A DNA stretch of 64,000 bases. Source: Chloroflexota bacterium (GTDB taxonomy: Bacteria; Chloroflexota; Limnocylindria; Limnocylindrales; CSP1-4). Each line of letters opens with the position of its first letter. The stretch's first letter is position 1. This document shows positions 18,650-28,054 of this stretch, piece after piece. The position numbers and the translations under genes were made by a program. Below the pieces are notes generated by a model, which was not told the origin of the DNA, did not search any database, and saw only the letters and a list, made by a program, of their open reading frames with translations. The stretch lies in assembly GCA_042408535.1 (NCBI GenBank), contig JBHORA010000039.1:3419-67418 (forward strand). Reading direction: 5' to 3'.

Positions 18650-19909
18650 ATGCGCAGCGTCGAGGTTGGGCCGGGATCGAAGGCGACGGCCGGGCCGGTT
18701 CCGCCGAACGGCGCCGCCTCCGGGTGGCTGACCCCCGGCGTCCGAGGCATCGGGGCGGCCAGTCTCCTCTCCGACCTCGGTCACGAGGTCCCGACAACGC
18801 TCCTGCCGGCCTTTCTCTCGTCCGCCCTCGGTGCGCCGCCGGCCGCCCTCGGCCTCATCGAGGGGCTGGCCGACGGGCTCTCGGGCCTGGCCAAGATCGC
18901 AGGTGGGCCGTTTGCTGACGAACCCGAGCGACGTCGGTCGATCGCCGTCGGCGGCTACACCCTGGTCGCGGTCCTGTCGGCGGCGATCGGGCTCGCCACC
19001 GCCGTCTGGCAGGTGGCGATCCTGCGAACCGGTGCCTGGGTCTCGCGTGGCTTTCGGACCCCGGCCCGGAACGCCCTCCTCGCCGACGCCGTCGACCGTC
19101 GGGTGTACGGCCGGGCCTACGGCTTCGAGCGGGCGATGGACAACCTCGGAGCGGTGCTCGGTCCACTCGCGGCGCTCGCCCTCGTGAGCCTCCTCGACGT
19201 CCGAAGGGCGATCCTCGTCTCGGTCGTCCCGGGCCTCCTCGCCAGCCTCGCCATCCTGTACGCCATCCGCCACATCCGTGCAGCGCCCCCCGGAGCGACG
19301 GCCCGTCCCCGACGCCGAGGTTTCGATCTCCCCGTCCGCTCCCTTCTTCGGGGTCGCCTCCGCCGCGCCTTCGTCGTCGTGGGGGCCTTCGAAGTCGGCA
19401 ACGTGGCGGCGACGCTCCTCATCCTTCGAGCCACGGAGGTCTTCACGGCGGCAGGCCGAGCCGACGCGGCACAGCTCGCCGTCGCCCTCTACGTCGCTTA
19501 CAACCTGGCTGGGACGCTGGCGAGCATTCCCTTCGGGCGACTCGGCGACGCTCGCGGCTTCACAGCGCCGCTCCTCGCCGGATTCGCCCTCTTCGCTGGG
19601 GCCTACGGTGCCTTCGCCCTCGGGCCGGCCGACCCGCTCCTCCTGGGTGCCGCCTTCGTGGCCGCTGGGGTCGGCATCGGCATCGTCGAAACGGGTGAGC
19701 ATGCCATCGTCGCTTCCGCTGCCCCGCCGGAGGCGCGAGGCTCGGCCTTCGGGCTCCTGGCCGGCGCCCAGAGCTTCGGCGATTTTGCCGCCAGCGGGAT
19801 CGTCGGCATCCTCTGGAGCCTCGGCGGAGGGACGATCGCCTTCGCCTATGCCGCCGCCTGGATGGTGATCGCCTTCCTTCTCGCCGCGCTCGTCCGGCCG
19901 GGCCGCTGA
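18650..19909 (+). CDS. MFS transporter
   Basis: GIGAASLLSDLGHEVPTTLLPAFL..., roughly 12 hydrophobic segments, with the GRLGDARG loop motif. Confidence 0.85.
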   Translation: MRSVEVGPGSKATAGPVPPNGAASGWLTPGVRGIGAASLLSDLGHEVPTTLLPAFLSSALGAPPAALGLIEGLADGLSGLAKIAGGPFADEPERRRSIAVGGYTLVAVLSAAIGLATAVWQVAILRTGAWVSRGFRTPARNALLADAVDRRVYGRAYGFERAMDNLGAVLGPLAALALVSLLDVRRAILVSVVPGLLASLAILYAIRHIRAAPPGATARPRRRGFDLPVRSLLRGRLRRAFVVVGAFEVGNVAATLLILRATEVFTAAGRADAAQLAVALYVAYNLAGTLASIPFGRLGDARGFTAPLLAGFALFAGAYGAFALGPADPLLLGAAFVAAGVGIGIVETGEHAIVASAAPPEARGSAFGLLAGAQSFGDFAASGIVGILWSLGGGTIAFAYAAAWMVIAFLLAALVRPGR

Positions 19910-19966
19910 CCGATGTTCGGGGTCGGGCGACCCTCGAGATCGGGCGATGGCCCCAGGGGCCGCCAG

Positions 19967-19995
19967 TTGACCGGCGTCGCCGTGGCGCCTATCCT
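19967..19995 (+). promoter_or_regulatory. sigma-70-type promoter candidate (TTGACC - 17 nt - TATCCT)
   Basis: -35 at 19967-19972 and -10 at 19990-19995, which is 7 nt before the second aptamer. Same architecture as at 14783. Confidence 0.5.
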
Positions 19996-20002
19996 TTTTG
20001 CC

Positions 20003-20068
20003 GGCGATGGTGTCCGCCGAGACGGGACGCTCCGTCTGAACCGCCCGATCGGGCTAATGGCCCCTGAC
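20003..20068 (+). promoter_or_regulatory. fluoride riboswitch aptamer (crcB motif), copy 2
   Basis: GGCGAUGGUGUCCGCC / AGACGG-GACGCU-CCGUCU / GAACCGCCC-GAUC-GGGC / UAAUGGCCCCUGAC. A competing hairpin at 20059-20088 sequesters the 3' pseudoknot strand. Confidence 0.8.
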
Positions 20069-20122
20069 CGATGGTTCGGTCTGGGGCCGTTCGATTCCCC
20101 CGGCCAGACGGAGGTGTCTCGC

Positions 20123-21412
20123 GTGGACAACCTGTATGTCGTCGCTGCACTCTGGATCGGCATCGCCCTTGTCGCTAGCCTCGTCTCGATCCGGCTCGGC
20201 GTCTCGGTCGCGCTCGTCGAGATCGCCCTTGGGGTCGCCGCCGGGAACGCCATCGGGCTGACGACGACGCCGTGGGTGGACGTTCTGGCCGGCTTCGGCT
20301 CGGTCATCCTGACCTTCCTCGCCGGGGCCGAGATCGACCCAGGAGCGCTCCGCCGACACCTGAAGGCGAGCCTCGCCATCGGGGCGGTCTCCTTTGCCGC
20401 CCCCTTTGTCGCCGCCTGGGCCGTCGCCTCCTCCGTCTTCTGCTGGGACCTGGCGGCCAGCCAGATCGCCGGCGTCGCCCTGTCGACGACCTCGGTCGCC
20501 GTCGTCTATGCGGTCATGATCGAGTCTGGTTTGGCGAGCGAAGAGCTCGGGAAGCTCATCCTGGCGGCCTGCTTCGTCACCGACCTCGGCACGGTCCTCG
20601 CCCTCGGGATCCTGTTCGCCGACGTCAGTCCCCTCCTGCTCCTCTTCGGGGCGGCGACGGCGGGCGTCCTCCCCGTCGTCGGGCGGGCGACGCGCTGGTT
20701 CGTCGAGCGCTTCCCGAACCGTGTCTCGGAGCCAGAGACGAAGTTCCTCCTCCTCGTCCTCTTCGGCCTCGGCGGGCTCGCCGCAGCCGCCAGGAGCGAG
20801 GCCGTCCTGCCGGCCTATCTCCTCGGACTCGCCGTGGCCGGCGCCCTGGCCGAGGCCCGGGTCCTCGTCCACCGGATCCGGGCGATCGCCTTCAGCCTCC
20901 TCACTCCCTTTTACTTCATCAGGGCGGGTCTGTATGTCTCGCTGCCGGCCGTCGTGGCAGGAGCCGGACTCGTTGCCGCCTTCTTCGTGATCAAGGTTGG
21001 GTCGAAGGTCGTGGGCGTCTGGCCGACGACGCGGGCCTTCGGGCTCCCCGCCCGGGAGTCGACGTACGCGACGCTCCTCATGTCGACGGGGCTCACCTTC
21101 GGGACGATCTCGTCCCTCTTCGGCCTCAGCCACGGCTACATCGACCAGGCCCAGTACACGGTCCTGGTGACCGTCGTCATCCTGTCGGCCGTGGCGCCGA
21201 CTCTCGTGGCGACGACCTTCTTTAGCCCGGTCCTCGCCGGCGAGGCCGAGCTCGAGGAGTTCGATGCGGCCGAGGAGATCGACGCTGGCCTCCTGCCGCG
21301 GCCGGGATCGGCCGAGGAGATCGGCGCGGCGGCGGCCTCCAGGAGGGCTGGCTCGGGCCGCCAGCTGGCGAACGATGAGCGCGTCGCAGTCGGCGAGGCG
21401 GAATCCGCCTAG
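20123..21412 (+). CDS. cation:proton antiporter (Na+/H+ exchanger family, CPA type)
   Basis: GGAGG before GTG 20123; LTFLAGAEID, ALSTTSVAVVYAVM, about 11-12 TM helices and an acidic C-terminal tail. Confidence 0.85.
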   Translation: MDNLYVVAALWIGIALVASLVSIRLGVSVALVEIALGVAAGNAIGLTTTPWVDVLAGFGSVILTFLAGAEIDPGALRRHLKASLAIGAVSFAAPFVAAWAVASSVFCWDLAASQIAGVALSTTSVAVVYAVMIESGLASEELGKLILAACFVTDLGTVLALGILFADVSPLLLLFGAATAGVLPVVGRATRWFVERFPNRVSEPETKFLLLVLFGLGGLAAAARSEAVLPAYLLGLAVAGALAEARVLVHRIRAIAFSLLTPFYFIRAGLYVSLPAVVAGAGLVAAFFVIKVGSKVVGVWPTTRAFGLPARESTYATLLMSTGLTFGTISSLFGLSHGYIDQAQYTVLVTVVILSAVAPTLVATTFFSPVLAGEAELEEFDAAEEIDAGLLPRPGSAEEIGAAAASRRAGSGRQLANDERVAVGEAESA

Positions 21413-21449
21413 AGGCGCCGGCACCAGGGCGCCTGGCGACGTCACGCCG

Positions 21450-23081
21450 ATGGCCCCCGAGCCGGGCGGCGCCCGGACGGATGAGGCCAGCCAGGGGGGA
21501 CCCCGGGGCATCGACGTCGGCTGCGTCGTCTGCCGCTTCGTGGCCGAGGCGGTCGAGCGCCGGATCTTCTTCCTCTTCGCCGAGGCGGTCGGTGAGTCGT
21601 GGTTCGTCGCCAAGATGCGGGCTGGTGGGTTCTGCACGGCCCACGTCCGGCACCTCGTCTCGGCCGGCCGCGGTCCGCGGCTGACGGGCCCCTTCGAAGA
21701 CGTCCTCAATGGCTGGCTCGCCCGGCGGCGAGACGCCGGCGGGACGGCTCTGCCCTCGGTCGGCGAGGCTTGCCCGATCTGCGAGACCGCGACCTGGGCG
21801 ACGAACCACGCCCTCGGGCTCCTCGCCTCCGGCGACGCGCGGCGGATCGAGGTCGGCCTCGGCCGATCCGGCCCGCTCTGTCTCATCCACCTCGATCGGC
21901 TCATCGACTGGATGCCCTGGCAAGACCAGGTTGCGGTCGCCCGGCGCTGGGCGGAGCGGCTCCTGGAGGCCGTCTGGCTGGCGAGCGAGGTGGATGCCGC
22001 GGCCCCGGACGCCGCTGCTCATCGCCTCGCTGCGGATCGCCCCGCCGCGGCCCCGGACGCCGCCGCCGATCGCCTCGCCGCCGATCGCCTCGCCGCCGCC
22101 GTCGCTGTCCTCGCCGGCCCCTCTCCGATGGTTCGGCAGCCGGAGGTGAGCCCGGTCGCTCAAGTGCGCCCAGGGCGGACCGTCTCCACTCCGGAGGGAC
22201 GCCGATCGGGCGCCGCGGCTGGCTGGCACGACGGACTCCTCACCGAGGCCGGCCTGCTTGCCGAGCTCGCGGCGGGGCGCTGCCCGGTTTGTACCGCCGG
22301 TATCGCCGCCCAACAGCGACTCCTCACCTGGCTCGCCGAGCCCGCCCCGACGCGCGACCACCGCGACCTCGATGCCCTCTGTGGCGACCACCTCCGCCAG
22401 CTCGCCCGGCTCGCCCCGGCGAGTGCCGCCTCGGCGACCCGCAGCGCCCTCGAGCGCCGCCTGGCGATGCTCGCGGCGCTGCCGACCGTCGCCGACCGGC
22501 CACCGCTCCAGCTCGCCGAGCGGGTCCGCTGGGCATGGCGGCGGGCTCGGGCGCGCGGGCCGAACGAGCGGGGCGGTTCGCTCAGCATCGGGGTCCGGGC
22601 CGTCTGGCGCGCCCTTCGCTCCCCCCGCGACTTCGTCGCCGAGCCGCTCCGCCGAGCTCGCGTCGCCGCCGATCGGGAGTGCGTCGCCTGCCGCGCCGCG
22701 ATCACCGCCCGTCGTCGCTCGCTCGCCCTCCTCGGGGCGACCCTCCGGAGCCGAGGCGGGCGCGACCGATTCGAACGGAGCGGTGGCCTCTGCCTCCGGC
22801 ACACCGCCGCTGCCGCGGTCGCCGGGCCGGCCCTCGGGCCGGTCGGTCTCGCCCTCGTCGGGGCGGTCGCTGAGGGCCGAGTCGTTGGCGTCCGTTTCGA
22901 GCTCGAGGAGGCGCTGCGGAAGTCGAGCTGGTCGGTCCGGTACGAACCGGTCGGACCCGAGGTCACAGCCTGGCGGCGGGCGATCCTCTTGGTCCTCGGC
23001 AACGCCGCGCTTCCCGATGTCGACGACTCGCTTGCCGTCGCGGCGGCCGACGAGACCGACCGCCCGCGACGGGCCGTCTGA
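21450..23081 (+). CDS. Cys-rich protein with four CxxC...C-x2-H modules (internally duplicated)
   Basis: CVVCR..(33)..GFCTAHVRHL; CPICE....GPLCLIHLDRL; CPVCT....ALCGDHLRQL; CVACR....GGLCLRHTAA. An Ala/Asp repeat linker joins the two halves. The C-terminal ELEEALRKSSWSVRYEP..EVTAWRRAI recalls DUF6062-type proteins (from memory). Confidence 0.7.
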   Translation: MAPEPGGARTDEASQGGPRGIDVGCVVCRFVAEAVERRIFFLFAEAVGESWFVAKMRAGGFCTAHVRHLVSAGRGPRLTGPFEDVLNGWLARRRDAGGTALPSVGEACPICETATWATNHALGLLASGDARRIEVGLGRSGPLCLIHLDRLIDWMPWQDQVAVARRWAERLLEAVWLASEVDAAAPDAAAHRLAADRPAAAPDAAADRLAADRLAAAVAVLAGPSPMVRQPEVSPVAQVRPGRTVSTPEGRRSGAAAGWHDGLLTEAGLLAELAAGRCPVCTAGIAAQQRLLTWLAEPAPTRDHRDLDALCGDHLRQLARLAPASAASATRSALERRLAMLAALPTVADRPPLQLAERVRWAWRRARARGPNERGGSLSIGVRAVWRALRSPRDFVAEPLRRARVAADRECVACRAAITARRRSLALLGATLRSRGGRDRFERSGGLCLRHTAAAAVAGPALGPVGLALVGAVAEGRVVGVRFELEEALRKSSWSVRYEPVGPEVTAWRRAILLVLGNAALPDVDDSLAVAAADETDRPRRAV

Positions 23082-23091
23082 GGAGACTGAC

Positions 23092-24525
23092 GTGGTCGAG
23101 AGGGCCGGGATGCCCGGGATGGAGATCGGACCGAGCGCTGCCTTCGTCGACCCGGCGATGGAGTCCGGGCCGCCCTCCGAGGGACGGCTCGTCCTCGTCG
23201 AGGTCGAGCGGGCGACGGGCCCAGGGCCCGCCGTCGAGTTCGACGATCGCGGTCGGCCGCTCGTCCGCAGCTTCCGGGCCGAGGGGATCTGGCTGGGGTT
23301 CGACCACGGCTCGGTCCCCGAGACCGACGACGGTCGTGGCCGCACCCTTGCCGCCCTCGTCGCCCTCCCGGGCTCCACGTTCCCGGGCTGCCGGATCGCG
23401 GCCAGGCTCACCGGCGCCCTCGTGTCGGGGGACCGCGTCGTCCTGCTCGCTGCCCTGCCTGGCTGGCCGCCGCCCGCCATCGGCCTGGCCCGGGCGGCCG
23501 CGGCCCTCGGCGACGCGGCGCACCTCGAGGCCGAAGCGGCCGCCGACCTCCTCCGTCGGGCCCGCCTCCGGTACCGCGAGCGGGTCCGGGCCGGTCGCCC
23601 GACCGGAGGCCGGGCCTGGGCGGCGATCGGCCGGCTGCCGCCGGAGCTGGCCCGCTTCGCCACGCCCCACTCGCCGGCCGAGTACCGACTCGCCCAGCTT
23701 CCGCCGCGACTCGTCCGCGGCCTCGAGGGGATCCTCGACGACGACGAGCGGATCCTCGCCTGGGTCCGCCGCCCGGCGATCCTCGAGGGCGGACTCCGCG
23801 AGACCCTTCGGCGGGCGGGTCGCCGCGTCGATCGTCGCGAGGCGGTCCTCGTCCTCACCGATCGCCAGCTCGTCTGGGTCGTCGACCACGCCGAGCCCGG
23901 GCGCTACCTCGTCGAGTGGGGCGTCGACCTCGAGCTCGTGCCCCTCGAGCGGTTGATCCAAGTTCGGGCTGCCACGACCGCGGACGTCATCCGGCTCACC
24001 GTCGAGACCGACGCCGGGGGATCGGCGAGGAGCCGGTCCTACGAGCTCCCGGCCGAAGCTACCGCCGAGACCGAGGTCGTCGTCGCCCTCCTCGAGCGGT
24101 TCACGCCGGAGGCCGCCGATGGCCGCCCGGTCCGTCGCTACGAGCTCGGGGCGCGCCAGCCGGCGCTCGAAGAGGCGGACCGGTTCCACCAGCGGGAGGT
24201 CGCGGTCGCCTTCCTCGAGCGAGCGGGGGAGCTCGGGGAGGTCCTCGGCTTCCTCTTCAGCCCCCGTCGGCCGGGGACGCGCGAACCCTCGGCCCTCGCC
24301 GTCTTCGAGTGGGGCGCCGCGCTCCTCACGCCGGACGCGGTCGTTCGGACGTCGGCGACCGACCTCGCGGCCCTTGGCCTCACCCTCTCGCCGCTCGTGG
24401 GCCGCCTCTCGCTCGTGCCGGGACCGACGTTGACGTACCCGGCACCGTTCTCGACGACGGGTACCGCCGTCGTCCGGCTCCTCCGACGGGCGGCGGCGAA
24501 CGCGCGCCCGGGCCCTTCCCGCTGA
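23092..24525 (+). CDS. two-domain protein: degenerate inorganic-pyrophosphatase-like N-terminus plus bacterial PH-like C-terminal region
   Basis: AGGAG 7 nt before GTG 23092. LVLVEVERATGPGPAVEFDDRGRPLVRSF...FDHGSVPETDDGRGRT..PGCRIAARLTGAL follows the family I PPase pattern with acidic residues replaced. ERILAWVRRP...AVLVLTDRQLVWVVD is PH-like. Confidence 0.65.
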   Translation: MVERAGMPGMEIGPSAAFVDPAMESGPPSEGRLVLVEVERATGPGPAVEFDDRGRPLVRSFRAEGIWLGFDHGSVPETDDGRGRTLAALVALPGSTFPGCRIAARLTGALVSGDRVVLLAALPGWPPPAIGLARAAAALGDAAHLEAEAAADLLRRARLRYRERVRAGRPTGGRAWAAIGRLPPELARFATPHSPAEYRLAQLPPRLVRGLEGILDDDERILAWVRRPAILEGGLRETLRRAGRRVDRREAVLVLTDRQLVWVVDHAEPGRYLVEWGVDLELVPLERLIQVRAATTADVIRLTVETDAGGSARSRSYELPAEATAETEVVVALLERFTPEAADGRPVRRYELGARQPALEEADRFHQREVAVAFLERAGELGEVLGFLFSPRRPGTREPSALAVFEWGAALLTPDAVVRTSATDLAALGLTLSPLVGRLSLVPGPTLTYPAPFSTTGTAVVRLLRRAAANARPGPSR

Positions 24526-24581
24526 TCCTCGGGGCTCATCCCCGGGCCCGGCAGGCGCGCAGGTGCTCGCTCGGCCCTCGG

Positions 24582-26291
<1,710 letters not shown>

Positions 26292-26303
26292 CGTCGGTTC
26301 CCG

Positions 26304-27575
26304 TCAGACGACCTTGTCGTCGGGGAGAGCCTCGACGAACTCGAGCCCGAGCCGGGCCGCTTCGTAGGCCGAGCCGACGAGGTGGTGGTACGGGACTCCG
26401 GAGAACTCGTGGTGGCTCCGGGTCGGCCACTCCGTTCCCTCGGCCCATTCGGCCCGCTGAAGCTCGATGTACCCCTCCTCCTGCCGCTCCGCCATGGCCG
26501 CCAGGAGGCGCGACAGCCCGAGGCCGTTCGCGTGCTGGCCGCCGAGGGTGATGAAGATGAAGCGAAAGCCGAGGTCGGCAAGCTCGGCGAAGCGAAGCGG
26601 GTTCGGGTCGTTGAACCACTTGAAGCTCGACGACCAGTTGAAGGCGAAGCGGGCCCCTGGGAAGCGTCGCCGAACCTCGGTCGCGAAGGTCTCGACCGGG
26701 CCGCGGTCGGCGGTCGGGAACTCGCACCAGACGAGATCGGGGATGCCCGTGTCGAGATAGCGGAGGGCTCGCTCGATGGCGAGGGCGAGACCGCGGGTCG
26801 ACTCCGGTGCGTCGATGGCCGAGACGCCGTCGGTCCGGGCGATGATGACGAAGTCCGGGTTGCCGACGTCATCGGCGACGGCCCGCATCATCCGGAGCTT
26901 GCCGATCATCTCGTTCGCCGAGACGAGGGCCTTGCCACCGATGTGGCCGCAGCGCTTCGGGAAGACCTGGTCTTCCAGGTGGGCTCCAGCAACGCCGGCC
27001 GTCACGAGGAGCTCGGTCTGGCGCTGGACATTGAAGATGTTTCCGTAGCCGGCGTCCATGTCGACGACGACCGGTGGGATGTCGAGGTGACGGGGCGGGA
27101 TGCCCTTCTCGGGATCGCCGATGGCCATCGTCAGCTGGAACTTCCGGAGGGCCATGACGGTGCGACGGGCGGCGTCCGCGATCTCGACCCCGTTGTAGAG
27201 GTCCATGTCGGTCGTCCCGAGGTGGCCGATGGCGAACGAGTAGCCGCTGAAGTAGACGGCCCGGAAGCCGTAGTACATGACGAGCTGGGCGCCGAAGGGG
27301 TCGTAGACGCCGGGACCGAAGAGGTACGGCTCGCTCTCGAGGAGCTGGCGCATCCGGATCGAGGGATGGGTCCAGCGGGTCGCCGGGACGGCGTACCCGT
27401 CCGGGAGGAGGGGCGTGGCGACGAGGGGAGCTCGGCTCGTGCCAACGCCCGGTGCAGCGCCGCCACTCGGGCTCAATCCGTCGGCGCTCGCCGTCGAAGC
27501 CGGAGCCCGATGGCGGCCGCCCGCCGCTCTTCGGTCGGGGAAGGGAATGGTGCGGCGTCGCTCGTCGTCGGTCAT
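26304..27575 (-). CDS. aceA: isocitrate lyase (ICL/PEP mutase family)
   Basis: AGGAGG before ATG (rc 27573-27575); VVDMDAGYGN, HLEDQVFPKRCGHIGGK, IIARTD. Located 12 nt upstream of aceB. Confidence 0.9.
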   Translation of the reverse strand: MTDDERRRTIPFPDRRAAGGRHRAPASTASADGLSPSGGAAPGVGTSRAPLVATPLLPDGYAVPATRWTHPSIRMRQLLESEPYLFGPGVYDPFGAQLVMYYGFRAVYFSGYSFAIGHLGTTDMDLYNGVEIADAARRTVMALRKFQLTMAIGDPEKGIPPRHLDIPPVVVDMDAGYGNIFNVQRQTELLVTAGVAGAHLEDQVFPKRCGHIGGKALVSANEMIGKLRMMRAVADDVGNPDFVIIARTDGVSAIDAPESTRGLALAIERALRYLDTGIPDLVWCEFPTADRGPVETFATEVRRRFPGARFAFNWSSSFKWFNDPNPLRFAELADLGFRFIFITLGGQHANGLGLSRLLAAMAERQEEGYIELQRAEWAEGTEWPTRSHHEFSGVPYHHLVGSAYEAARLGLEFVEALPDDKVV

Positions 27576-27691
27576 GACCTCCTCACCTCGCGCTCTGCCG
27601 GGGCGTTTCGCTCGTGGCTGCGCTCGTCTCGCGACGGGTGCCCCACCGCCGACTGCCGCCGGCGCTCGGGGCGGGCCGTCGATGCCGGTGG

Positions 27692-27886
27692 CTACTCGTT
27701 CGGGTGGTCGTGCCCGCAGGCTTCGGGACAGCGACACTCGGCGGTGATCGGGTCGTCGATGGTCGGCCGCGGGCCTTCGCCGTTCGGCGCCGGCTCCGCG
27801 ATCTCGTCCAGGGGGACGCCGATCATCCAAAGGTGGCCGGGGGCAACGATCTGGCGGTCGACGAGGACCTTCATCCGAGCGTTCAT
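27692..27886 (-). CDS. small hypothetical protein (64 aa) leading the aceAB operon
   Basis: GGGGAG RBS; MNARMKVLVDRQIVAPGHLWMIGVPLDEI...ECRCPEACGHDHPNE, with normal composition. Confidence 0.5.
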   Translation of the reverse strand: MNARMKVLVDRQIVAPGHLWMIGVPLDEIAEPAPNGEGPRPTIDDPITAECRCPEACGHDHPNE

Positions 27887-27968
27887 TCGATTTCTCCCCT
27901 GCTGCGTCGTGTTCGAGCTTCCGCCGGCTGGCGAGCGAGTCCCATCCTGTCATGAGCCAGGCCATAAG

Positions 27969-27986
27969 TCCAATCGAATGATTGGA
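27969..27986. promoter_or_regulatory. perfect palindrome TCCAATC-GAAT-GATTGGA in the aceA/LysR divergent region (LTTR-box candidate)
   Basis: 7-bp arms in an AT-richer patch between the start at 27886 (-) and the start at 28055 (+). Confidence 0.4.
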
Positions 27987-28054
27987 TCGAGAGCATCGTT
28001 CTGCCTTATGATGTGCCACGAAGCAGGCCCTGAGCCGCCAGAGGGAGGCGACGC

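Noticed and set aside
19995-19999. T-run after a GC-rich segment, considered as the terminator of the MFS gene.
   Set aside because: The preceding stem is weak. The same bases fit better as the -10 (TATCCT) and discriminator of a TTGACC-17 promoter identical in layout to the one at 14783.
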